NCBI GenBank assembly: GCA_963783575.1 | Contig: CAWAOD010000009.1 | Coordinates: 679,191 to 743,190 of the forward strand | DNA: 64,000 nucleotides | Source of the DNA: an uncultured Spirochaetota bacterium | GTDB lineage: Bacteria > Spirochaetota > Brevinematia > Brevinematales > JAOACQ01 | Direction of reading: 5' to 3' | Made by a program: the position numbers and the translations under genes | The notes under the pieces: generated by a model | Database searches by the model: none | The model's input: only the letters and a program-made list of their open reading frames with translations | Told to the model about the DNA's origin: nothing | Shown: positions 40,425 through 48,999 of the stretch, one piece after another | How the letters are laid out: every line of letters begins with the position of its first letter | Numbering within the stretch: position 1 is the first letter of the stretch

Positions 40425-41648
40425 CTAAATCCATCTTAAAGCATCGGCAATATCCATTTTCGCAGCTTTCCTTGCCGTAAAAACCGCTGAAAATACTGCA
40501 ACAACTATAAAGAAAAATAAATAAACCAATATCACTGAAAATTCCGGTTTAATGTAAGTTGTAAAACCATCCGGTTGAAAAACAGACGGGGGATTATAGA
40601 TCCCGCCTTTAATGTTTATAACGGCAGCAATAATATATCCCAGGGTAATACCCGCTGCGCTTCCTATTATGCCTATTAAAAAACTCTCGGCCAGGAATAT
40701 TCCGGCCACCTGAATTCTGGTAGTTCCCAGGGCGCGTATGGTACCTATTTCACGGATTCTCTCCATCAGATTCATTGACATCGTATTTGCGATGATGAAA
40801 ATAAGAATAGCCAGTATTATCAAGCTCAATACAAACATGTTCATATCAAACATTCCCTTAACGCTTTTATAATAAACGGCCAGGTCATTCCATTTTTTAT
40901 ATTCCAGTCCCAATTTATTGCAGATGCTTTTAATCTCCGGTTCAACCCTGGATATGTCCTCAGTTTTTTCCAGCATTACAATCAGTGTGTCAACCGAATT
41001 ACTTAAGTTAAGAAGGGTCTGCACGCTTTGAAGATTCGCCAGGACATACATTTTACTCATCTGGTCCGATTCGCCGTAACCTTTTCTGACGCCCTTTACA
41101 ACGGCGTTGATTCCGTTTAGTCCGCCTCCTTTCATTGTTGACATTATTGTATAATTATCCCCGGGAGAACCCGAGAGTTTTTTAAGCAGACCGTCACCGG
41201 CAACAATAGCCGATGGATCATTGTTTTTAATAAATTCACCCGTAATTTTTTTAGATGAATTCATAATAGTCTCTTCATCAGGACTGCCGGCAATACCCAT
41301 TATAACGGTGCTCATTTTATCTCCCGATATCAATCCGCTGAAAGATAAACGCGGCGCAATGAATTTAACTTCAGGGATTTTTTTGATTTCTTCGATTACT
41401 TCCTTATAATTATCAATGAGATAATCAAAGGGATAATCCTTTCCGTTTTTGATATAGCCGCTTCTGTAAATCTGAAAATGCCCATACTGTGAATGTATAA
41501 TTCCTTCCCTGAAAACCCTGAAAAGGTAAGTATTGGAACCGCTGTAAACCACAAGGCTGGCCATTCCGAAAACAAGGGTCGCCATTGTCAGCGAGGTTTT
41601 CCTCAAATTTTTTATAATATTTCTCAGACCGATTTTAAAATAGAACAT
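40425..41648 (-). CDS. ABC transporter permease, LolC/E (FtsX/MacB) family
   Basis: Paralog of adjacent gene; ERIREIGTIRALG. Confidence 0.92.
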   Translation of the reverse strand: MFYFKIGLRNIIKNLRKTSLTMATLVFGMASLVVYSGSNTYLFRVFREGIIHSQYGHFQIYRSGYIKNGKDYPFDYLIDNYKEVIEEIKKIPEVKFIAPRLSFSGLISGDKMSTVIMGIAGSPDEETIMNSSKKITGEFIKNNDPSAIVAGDGLLKKLSGSPGDNYTIMSTMKGGGLNGINAVVKGVRKGYGESDQMSKMYVLANLQSVQTLLNLSNSVDTLIVMLEKTEDISRVEPEIKSICNKLGLEYKKWNDLAVYYKSVKGMFDMNMFVLSLIILAILIFIIANTMSMNLMERIREIGTIRALGTTRIQVAGIFLAESFLIGIIGSAAGITLGYIIAAVINIKGGIYNPPSVFQPDGFTTYIKPEFSVILVYLFFFIVVAVFSAVFTARKAAKMDIADALRWI

Positions 41649-41657
41649 ATCCGTCTC

Positions 41658-42320
41658 CTATTGAACAATTTCACCGTCAAGTATCCTGACAATTCTTCCC
41701 GCATATTTTGATACATTTTCATTATGGGTTGAAAAAAGGAAAGATGTATTAGATTTTTTGTTCAAATTCAAAAGAAGATCAATGATTTTATCACCCGTTT
41801 TTGAATCGAGGTTTGCGGTCGGTTCGTCGGCGATTATAATATCAGGATCGGTGACAAGTGCTCTCGCAATTGCAACCCGCTGGCGCTGGCCGCCGGAAAG
41901 CTCATCCGGCCTGTGCTTCAAATAATCTATTAATCCTACGGATTCGATGACTGAAATTACATGGTCTTTATCAACCTTTTTTCCTCTTATCATCAGCGGG
42001 TATTCGACATTCTCATAAACACTCAGAACAGACAGAAGGTTGAAGCTTTGAAATATGAAACCTATATGTCTGTTCCTGAACAGTGAAAGCTTATTATCCT
42101 TCATTTTTTTAATATTTTCATCATGTATAACCACATCTCCCATTGTAGGATTCTCAATGCATCCGATAATATGGAGTAATGTCGACTTACCGGCTCCGCT
42201 TGGGCCCATTAGCGAGATAAAATCCCCTTTTTCAATGTCAATGCTTACATTTTTCAAGGCTTCGATTTCAACTTTATCCATTTTATAAACCTTTGAAACA
42301 TTTTTAATGCTTATAAACAT
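41658..42320 (-). CDS. ABC transporter ATP-binding protein, LolD-like
   Basis: GPSGAGKST, LSGGQRQR, ADEPTANLD, STH. Confidence 0.95.
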   Translation of the reverse strand: MFISIKNVSKVYKMDKVEIEALKNVSIDIEKGDFISLMGPSGAGKSTLLHIIGCIENPTMGDVVIHDENIKKMKDNKLSLFRNRHIGFIFQSFNLLSVLSVYENVEYPLMIRGKKVDKDHVISVIESVGLIDYLKHRPDELSGGQRQRVAIARALVTDPDIIIADEPTANLDSKTGDKIIDLLLNLNKKSNTSFLFSTHNENVSKYAGRIVRILDGEIVQ

Positions 42321-42356
42321 AAATTCTCTCCATATTTGATAAATATAACCATAATT

Positions 42357-43097
42357 TCAATCGGCAAAAGTATCGAGTCTTTTTTCCGTCATCTTTGCTT
42401 CATAGGAACTGCTTGAGTACTTCTTATTAAGAGCATCGGATTTTTTCCAGTATTCAACGGCTTTATCCAGGTTCCCTGCCGATTTTTCCATTTCCCCCAG
42501 GTAGAAATAAACAGTACCCATAAAACCTTCTATTGCAGGATTTTTATTAAACTCATCCACGATGAACAGATAGTCTTCATTGGCAATTTTTCTTTTCTTG
42601 AAAAAATCGGGCAGATTTACATAATAATTTGCCCGCATAAACCGAATATACCACTCAAGCGGTTTACCTTCCGATAATTTAACAGCTTTATCACACATTG
42701 CCGAGCTTTTAGATACACCGCTCATTTTGGTTATTGGGTTTATTGAGTCTCTAGCGACCAATCCATTTGCGAGGCCGTTATAAATCAAACCAAGAGAATT
42801 ATCGCCCTCTTTTTTCAGAAATTTATCTGTATATTCGAGGGCTTTTTTATTTGCCCCTTTTTCAGGCGAATCAGCTAATCTTGCAAGTGAAGTATATAAA
42901 ATCCCGATTGCAAGGTCCGCATAATAATCCGAAGGGTCGGCCTTCAATAAATCTTCATAATGTGTGATTTTTTGATGGACATTTGTACTGTCCTTACTGA
43001 AAAATTGACCTAAATCATAGCATTCATCGAATGTCGTTGAAAAACCTGCGGTAAAGCAGGTTAATGCTGCAATTAACACAAACATTAGTCTTTTCAT
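42357..43097 (-). CDS. Secreted TPR-like helical protein
   Basis: Signal peptide; VYFYLGEMEKSAGNLDKAVEYWKK TPR; RANYYVNLPDFF. Confidence 0.75.
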   Translation of the reverse strand: MKRLMFVLIAALTCFTAGFSTTFDECYDLGQFFSKDSTNVHQKITHYEDLLKADPSDYYADLAIGILYTSLARLADSPEKGANKKALEYTDKFLKKEGDNSLGLIYNGLANGLVARDSINPITKMSGVSKSSAMCDKAVKLSEGKPLEWYIRFMRANYYVNLPDFFKKRKIANEDYLFIVDEFNKNPAIEGFMGTVYFYLGEMEKSAGNLDKAVEYWKKSDALNKKYSSSSYEAKMTEKRLDTFAD

Positions 43098-43129
43098 ATA
43101 TATCTCCTTTTAAAATAAATTCTGTAATA

Positions 43130-44359
43130 CTAAAATGGCGCATCGGTGCAGAAAAATAATGAAAACGCGCCGTTTTTGTCCCAGCCTCCTTCAAGTCTTA
43201 GCGGTATAAAAACCGGTACACCGAAGAATGCGCGGAGACCTATGCCGTATGCGTATTCAATCCTGTCAAATGCCGAATCCTGAATTTTATTAAAAGCCCC
43301 GCCGGCATCACTAAATATCAATGCTTCCAGTTCCAGGTTAAAAATATCTAATAATACCGTGTTTAAAAAATCCCAGCGAAGTTCCAGATGGCTTTCCACC
43401 AAAGAATTTCCTGTCAGGTCAGGGATATTCCAGCTCCTTATTCCATCAATGCCCACTAGTGATATCTTAAGATAATCCGGTATGTTTTCCCCGTTCTGGA
43501 ATTTTACCCCTATTTTTCCGGCAAAATACAGGTTATTGAATGAATCATAATGCAAAATTAACGGCAAATATTTTGCCGCATTGATTTCAACGCGATTAAT
43601 GGCAGATGAACTTTTTTCAACAGGTATTATATATTCATATTCCGTGAATATATAATGGCCTTCAGGGCTTGTAAAAATCCCAGTCTTTTTGTCTGATTCG
43701 ATTGTAAAACCACCGGAATAATAACCTCCAATTGAATTATAAGCAGTATTAAAAACAGTCCGGTAATTAATTAAAGCGGAAATGCGATTATCATAATTTA
43801 ACAGATAACCGAATTTCCCTTCACCGCCGGCATTTTGGATATAGACTGTGTCATAAGCGTTTTTATTATTATTTGTATAGTAGAAAGATGGATTATTACC
43901 CCCGTTAACATCAAAAAAATAGTGCCCGGCAAGGAGCCTTGAACCGAATTGAACGGCTTGCATGTCATAACCAAGGCTTGTATAGTAATATTCACCGCCT
44001 CCCCAAACGTTTTCCTTACCGTATAATCCGTAAATGGAGCCTCCGCCGAATCTGTATAGAAAACCCTCAGAAACTTCGATAATTATGTTTCTGATATTTG
44101 TGTTTTCTTTTGAATCTGTTGTAAATATATTAACCTGATAAAACCAGCTGGTATTATCCATCCTTTCCTTAATACGTTTTAATAGTGCCGTTAATTCTTC
44201 GTCAGTATATTCACTGACGCTGTTTAATTCCGGAGCAAAAGCTAAAATTGTATCAGTTTGCGTATGAATATTCCCTATAACCTTAATATTCCCTATTTTT
44301 AAAGACCAAATGACGGAAAAAATAAAAAGGCAGAAAAATATCATCATAATTATTTTCAT
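43130..44359 (-). CDS. Omp85 (BamA/TamA)-superfamily protein with single POTRA domain
   Basis: IGNIKVIGNIHT POTRA start; C-terminal FSDAG...YGIGLR...PLRLE...PF. Confidence 0.75.
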   Translation of the reverse strand: MKIIMMIFFCLFIFSVIWSLKIGNIKVIGNIHTQTDTILAFAPELNSVSEYTDEELTALLKRIKERMDNTSWFYQVNIFTTDSKENTNIRNIIIEVSEGFLYRFGGGSIYGLYGKENVWGGGEYYYTSLGYDMQAVQFGSRLLAGHYFFDVNGGNNPSFYYTNNNKNAYDTVYIQNAGGEGKFGYLLNYDNRISALINYRTVFNTAYNSIGGYYSGGFTIESDKKTGIFTSPEGHYIFTEYEYIIPVEKSSSAINRVEINAAKYLPLILHYDSFNNLYFAGKIGVKFQNGENIPDYLKISLVGIDGIRSWNIPDLTGNSLVESHLELRWDFLNTVLLDIFNLELEALIFSDAGGAFNKIQDSAFDRIEYAYGIGLRAFFGVPVFIPLRLEGGWDKNGAFSLFFCTDAPF

Positions 44360-44376
44360 AATATTCCTTCAAAAGT

Positions 44377-44393
44377 ACTTTATATTATAAAGT
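44377..44393. promoter_or_regulatory. Palindromic operator ACTTTATATTATAAAGT upstream of the envelope operon
   Basis: 8-1-8 inverted repeat just downstream of -10; near-identical copy at 46045. Confidence 0.75.
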
Positions 44394-44399
44394 TATATT

Positions 44400-44428
44400 A
44401 GTATATAAAGTTCTTTAATATTTGTCAA
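44400..44428 (-). promoter_or_regulatory. Sigma-70 promoter of the envelope operon
   Basis: TTGACA-17 bp-TATACT on minus strand. Confidence 0.8.
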
Positions 44429-44572
44429 GAGTTTTTAAAAATATTTTTTGATCTGCTAAAAAAAATCCGGATACGAAAATATGATTTGAATAATACAAAA
44501 ACGCAATTCCTTATTTGATGAATTTATTTTTAGCAGATAAATTGGGGATTTTTTGACCGGCATGTTATATGA

Positions 44573-45148
44573 TCAAATGTTTTTTTTTGGAAAATACTTA
44601 TCTTCCAGAATGCTAAAGATTCCCGGAATTATTTGTCCGAAAATCATTCCAAGCATCTGAAGAGTAATGGAATTTTTTGAATTATCCATAGCAATCAGGA
44701 TGGAAAAAATTATAAAAATAAATCCCCCGGTTTTCAGGCTCCAATTATCCAGAATCAAACCGGATAGATACATTCCAGGTGCCAGGTAGAAAAAAATCAG
44801 AGTGTTTCCCGCATTTATTGAATAAAGTTTTATAACAGAAGTAAAAAGTAATCCAACAATAATAATTATTAAAAGAATAATAAACCACATATAATTTACA
44901 GTGTTTCTCCATAATGTTTTATAGCCGGCTTTAATTCTTAAATACCTGAGAAACAATACTTGAAATATAATTCCAATTACAACGACTATAAAAAATATCC
45001 ATTCATAATGCAATAAATACTTATGAATAAACATGCTTGATAAAATCAGCAAACCCCAGATGATAAAGATTGCTCCACCTGAATAATTCACTCTTCTTTT
45101 TCTATTTTCAATAATATTCTGAAGTTTTTCTATGGAATTATTGTCCAT
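44573..45148 (-). CDS. Membrane protein (~6 TM), paralog of 45463-46020
   Basis: SIEKL..IIE.R...GGAIFIIWG and C-terminal IFGQIIPGI shared with paralog. Confidence 0.75.
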   Translation of the reverse strand: MDNNSIEKLQNIIENRKRRVNYSGGAIFIIWGLLILSSMFIHKYLLHYEWIFFIVVVIGIIFQVLFLRYLRIKAGYKTLWRNTVNYMWFIILLIIIIVGLLFTSVIKLYSINAGNTLIFFYLAPGMYLSGLILDNWSLKTGGFIFIIFSILIAMDNSKNSITLQMLGMIFGQIIPGIFSILEDKYFPKKNI

Positions 45149-45485
45149 TATTCTTCTCCTTAACTGTTATTGTCCGCCTGAAACTATCAATTTTATTTAT
45201 ATACTGGGATAATCTTTCCAGGCCAAGCGGTGAAATTTTATAGGTAGTCTTCGGTTTTTTCCCGATAAATTCCTTTCTTGAATTTAAATAACCGGCATCT
45301 TCTAATTTTGTCAGATTAACACTAAGATTACCATCACTGGCATTAAGTTCATTTTTTAAGAAATTAAAATCAACTTCATCATACATTGCGAGAATGGTCA
45401 TTAAAAAAAACCTTATTTCTGCGGTTAATAGACTATCTAGAGCATAATTTGAGGGTATTTGCTTATCCTCGTTTTTTTTCTTCAT
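45138..45485 (-). CDS. Winged-helix transcriptional regulator (HTH_34/MarR-ArsR-like)
   Basis: IRFFLMTIL...DFNFLK...SDGNLSVNLTKLEDAGY...KEFIGKKPKTTY. Confidence 0.9.
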   Translation of the reverse strand: MKKKNEDKQIPSNYALDSLLTAEIRFFLMTILAMYDEVDFNFLKNELNASDGNLSVNLTKLEDAGYLNSRKEFIGKKPKTTYKISPLGLERLSQYINKIDSFRRTITVKEKNNGQ

Positions 45486-46020
45486 ATTTGCTCCATATAC
45501 CCGGAATTATCAATCCGAATATAATCGATAAGGGATAGATAATATTCCATTTATCCATAAAGAATGACAATAAAATAGAAGATGCAAGGAAAATCATACC
45601 CGCGATTTTCATGCTCCATTGTTCAACAATCAAGCCGGACACAAACATACCGATTGACAGCCATAGAAGGATAAGCGGATAAATACAATAAGAAGTATAT
45701 AATTTTAATAAAAAAGGGAAAACAATAAAAATAAAAGGTAGAAGAACAAGCATGAATATCCAAAGGTTATTAATTTTTCCAAACCAGAATAGTTGATAGC
45801 CTTTATTGTTTAAGAAAAATTTAACATAAAATATTTGCAGGATAATTCCTATTCCCAGCATTACGATCCAAATAATAATTGAATTTATAAAGAAATAATG
45901 AATTGTAAATGAGATTAAATTTAAAAAGCCCCACATCGCAAAGATTTCGCCGCCCGCTATTCCCCTTGACCGCCTCTTTTCAACAAGCTGCCGTAATTTA
46001 TCTATGGATTCTTCTTTCAT
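45463..46020 (-). CDS. Membrane protein (~6 TM), paralog of 44573-45148
   Basis: SIDKL..LVE.R...GGEIFAMWG; IFGLIIPGI. Confidence 0.75.
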   Translation of the reverse strand: MKEESIDKLRQLVEKRRSRGIAGGEIFAMWGFLNLISFTIHYFFINSIIIWIVMLGIGIILQIFYVKFFLNNKGYQLFWFGKINNLWIFMLVLLPFIFIVFPFLLKLYTSYCIYPLILLWLSIGMFVSGLIVEQWSMKIAGMIFLASSILLSFFMDKWNIIYPLSIIFGLIIPGIWSKYEEKKRG

Positions 46021-46043
46021 AATAAATATCTCCTCATAAACAA

Positions 46044-46078
46044 TACTTTATATTACAAAGTAATTTATAATATTTCAA
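46044..46078 (-). promoter_or_regulatory. Promoter of the regulator operon with overlapping operator TACTTTATATTACAAAGTA (46044-46062)
   Basis: TTGAAA-17 bp-TAATAT on minus strand; palindrome covers the -10. Confidence 0.7.
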
Positions 46079-46187
46079 GATTTATAATATTTTTTTTATA
46101 ATATAAGTTTATGTTTGCTTTTTGATAAAAATAATTTTATACTTTTCAGTAGAAACAAATATTATTTACCCGGTATAGACCGGAGGT

Positions 46188-47153
46188 ATGAAGATGAAAG
46201 TCTATTTTGATTTTGAGGTAAAAGCCGCAAAATTATTTAAGCTATTCCTTCCTTTCTGGATATTAACAATTATTTTATTTTTTGTTATTTTCAAATCAAA
46301 TTCTTTATTTTTATCAAAACAGATAAATATAACATTTTTTTTAATACTAAATTCTGTTGGAATAACCGGAACTTTTATAATCAATTTTATTTACACAATA
46401 CTATTCGCCCGGATACTTGTTCCCTCAGTTTCATTCGACAATGAACCTTTCGGTTTTAGCGGCAAAGTTATGGAGTTTTTTTGGCTCAATATCAAGGGAA
46501 TACTATTATCAATGATCACTCTATTTATTTATACACCATGGTATTATTCAAAAATAATAAGCTATCTAATTGAAAAAACTTCTTATAAACAAAAAAATCT
46601 TAAACATACCGGGAGAGGTATTATCCTACTTGGAATCATTTTATTGACCTTATTGCTGCCAATGGTTTTACTGGTAATAATTATTACCGCTTTAATAATA
46701 ACTATGGGAAGCCGAATGATAAATAAGATTTCTTTCACTGAGCTTACCGCTGTTCTTGTCTATATATTTATTATTCCCATGGTCTACAAGCTTTACCAGT
46801 GGATCTGCAATAACATAAATTATGATGTATTTTCTTTTCACTGGAACACAAAATTCTGGAAATCCATCGGTATTATCTTTCTTCAATTATTCCTTACAAT
46901 AATAACAGTTGGACTTTACTGGCCCGCTGGATTTTTAATCCTGTTCCGGTATTTTACAAACAGATCGGCTATCCTTAAAGAAAATAATCAAATCGGAGTT
47001 TTTGGTTTTACCGGAAGACTTTTAGAAGGTTTTCTTTTATTCTGGGGGCAATTCCTTTTATGCATAATTACACTCGGAATATATTTTCCGTGGGCTTACG
47101 GAAAAGCAGGGAAATGGCTGCTAGCAAATACTTATTTTCAATATTCACAGTAG
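46188..47153 (+). CDS. DUF898/YjgN-family membrane protein
   Basis: Repeated LSMITLFIYTPW / LTIITVGLYWP / LCIITLGIYFPWA motifs. Confidence 0.8.
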   Translation: MKMKVYFDFEVKAAKLFKLFLPFWILTIILFFVIFKSNSLFLSKQINITFFLILNSVGITGTFIINFIYTILFARILVPSVSFDNEPFGFSGKVMEFFWLNIKGILLSMITLFIYTPWYYSKIISYLIEKTSYKQKNLKHTGRGIILLGIILLTLLLPMVLLVIIITALIITMGSRMINKISFTELTAVLVYIFIIPMVYKLYQWICNNINYDVFSFHWNTKFWKSIGIIFLQLFLTIITVGLYWPAGFLILFRYFTNRSAILKENNQIGVFGFTGRLLEGFLLFWGQFLLCIITLGIYFPWAYGKAGKWLLANTYFQYSQ

Positions 47154-47192
47154 AATTATTATAGATTATTCTAAGTTTAAAAAGGAGATTTT

Positions 47193-47477
47193 ATGGTTCA
47201 AAAAAAACTTATTAAAGGAAAGGATAAAGGTGATGTTCTTCTTTACGCTCTCAGTACCTGTGTATGGTGCAAAAAAACGCGCAAATTGCTTGATGAAATC
47301 GGGGTCGAGTATAATCTAATAGAAGTTGATCTTATAGATGATATTGATGGCAAGAAGTGTGTACAAAAGGAAATAAGCCGTTGGAACCCAGATGTATCTT
47401 TTCCGACAATTGTGATAAACAACGAAGAATGTATATGCGGTTATGATGAAGAGAAAATAAAGGAGATGCTGGGATGA
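47193..47477 (+). CDS. Glutaredoxin/NrdH-like redoxin
   Basis: LYALSTCVWCKK, SFPTIVI. Confidence 0.9.
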   Translation: MVQKKLIKGKDKGDVLLYALSTCVWCKKTRKLLDEIGVEYNLIEVDLIDDIDGKKCVQKEISRWNPDVSFPTIVINNEECICGYDEEKIKEMLG

Positions 47478-48001
47478 TGGAAATAAATCCTGAAACTATT
47501 AAAAAATATTATGAGGATTTAAAAAAGTCTATTGAAGCCGGGGGGTATCATTTAAATCCCGATCTGGATTTTACTCTTGACCTGATAGAGGGATTAATGG
47601 TAAATGAAAACCGCTATGGCTATCCTAGTTGTCCCTGCAGACTTTCAACCGGCGTTAAAGCCGATGATCTGGATATTATCTGCCCCTGTGATTACCGTGA
47701 CGCTGATGTTCTGGAGTATGGAGTATGCTTCTGCGCTCTTTATGTATCTCTTGATGTTTTAAACGGAAAAGTTAAACCCCGCACTATACCCGAAAGACGT
47801 CCGCCTAGTGAAATAAGAAAGCGTTTAAAAGAGGAAAAAATACTTGCAGCTGATAAGGGAATGTCACTCACACAGGGGGCAAGCCTGCCATATCCTATAT
47901 GGAGGTGTGATGTCTGCGGATATATCTGCGCTAGGGACAACCCGCCGGAGGTTTGCCCCATCTGCAAGGCAAAAAAAGAACGTTTCAGCCGATTTTTATA
48001 A
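47474..48001 (+). CDS. Ferredoxin:disulfide (thioredoxin/glutaredoxin) reductase catalytic domain fused to rubredoxin-like domain
   Basis: CPC, CPC, CFC motifs; C-terminal WRCDVCGY...CPIC. Confidence 0.9.
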   Translation: MMEINPETIKKYYEDLKKSIEAGGYHLNPDLDFTLDLIEGLMVNENRYGYPSCPCRLSTGVKADDLDIICPCDYRDADVLEYGVCFCALYVSLDVLNGKVKPRTIPERRPPSEIRKRLKEEKILAADKGMSLTQGASLPYPIWRCDVCGYICARDNPPEVCPICKAKKERFSRFL

Positions 48002-48013
48002 TAATATTTCCAT

Positions 48014-48583
48014 ATGACAGAATATATCATTACAGAGCAAATAAATGAAAAGTTGATAGAATATGCGGGTGAACTCATAAATTGGAACAAAGGGATCAAT
48101 CTCATCGGTAAATCGACGGAAAGTGCGATATGGGAAGTTCATATTAAAAACAGCTTTGAACTCTACCCTTTTCTGAAGAAATTAACCTTAAACAATATAA
48201 TAGATATCGGCAGCGGTGGTGGATTTCCATCAATTCCGCTGGCTTTACTTTTACCTGAAAAATATTTTTATCTTACGGAAGTCGATTCCAAAAAACTGGC
48301 CTTCCTGGAATTCATTGTAAAAAAGCTAAATCTTCCCAATTCTATAGTTGTCAATATCAATAAAGGGTTTTTATTTGATGAAGAAAACGCCGTTATCAGC
48401 CGGGCATTTTCAAAAATTGATAATATTATAACCTGGGCTGATTCTCATTTAAAGAATAATAGGGGGTTTTATTTATTAAAGGGAAGAATGGAAACGGTTG
48501 ATAAAGAATTAAAACGGCTTAAACCATCTCAATATAAAATTACAGGGCTCGAACGGGGCTGTATTGTAGAAATCCATATTTGA
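48014..48583 (+). CDS. rsmG: 16S rRNA m7G527 methyltransferase
   Basis: WNKGINL, DIGSGGGFP, KKLAFL, SRAF, LKG. Confidence 0.85.
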   Translation: MTEYIITEQINEKLIEYAGELINWNKGINLIGKSTESAIWEVHIKNSFELYPFLKKLTLNNIIDIGSGGGFPSIPLALLLPEKYFYLTEVDSKKLAFLEFIVKKLNLPNSIVVNINKGFLFDEENAVISRAFSKIDNIITWADSHLKNNRGFYLLKGRMETVDKELKRLKPSQYKITGLERGCIVEIHI

Positions 48584-48657
48584 ACTACAATAAATTACGA
48601 AGTTTTACCGGTTTTGTTAGCGAGCCTTCAAAAACATGCTAAATTGGGTCAAGAAAC

Positions 48658-48858
48658 CTACTGTGAATCAAACGAAGGGTCACACTTGCTGAATCGATAA
48701 TACTTTTGAAGGTTCTTCCAGGAACGGTCGTAAGTTTTTTCTCCTTCTTTTGTAAAGAAACAGGCGGGAAATTCGCCGTTGTCCCTGTGGTAATCCAGAC
48801 ATTCGCTACAGATACCATGCCTTTCGCATCCCGGATAAGTACATAAGCATTTATCCAT
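48658..48858 (-). CDS. Small Cys-rich protein (DUF6485-like)
   Basis: CLCTYPGCERHGICSECLDYH...PACFF...EKTYDRS. Confidence 0.7.
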   Translation of the reverse strand: MDKCLCTYPGCERHGICSECLDYHRDNGEFPACFFTKEGEKTYDRSWKNLQKYYRFSKCDPSFDSQ

Positions 48859-48999
48859 CACCGGACTCCTCTTTTCATCCGGATATTTTACTGAATACAA
48901 TTATTTATTTCAATTATTTAATACTTCATATTGTTTTTTTGTTATTTTTCACCTATCTGTTATAATATATGGCTAAATTTTTTATTTATGGAGTTTTCA

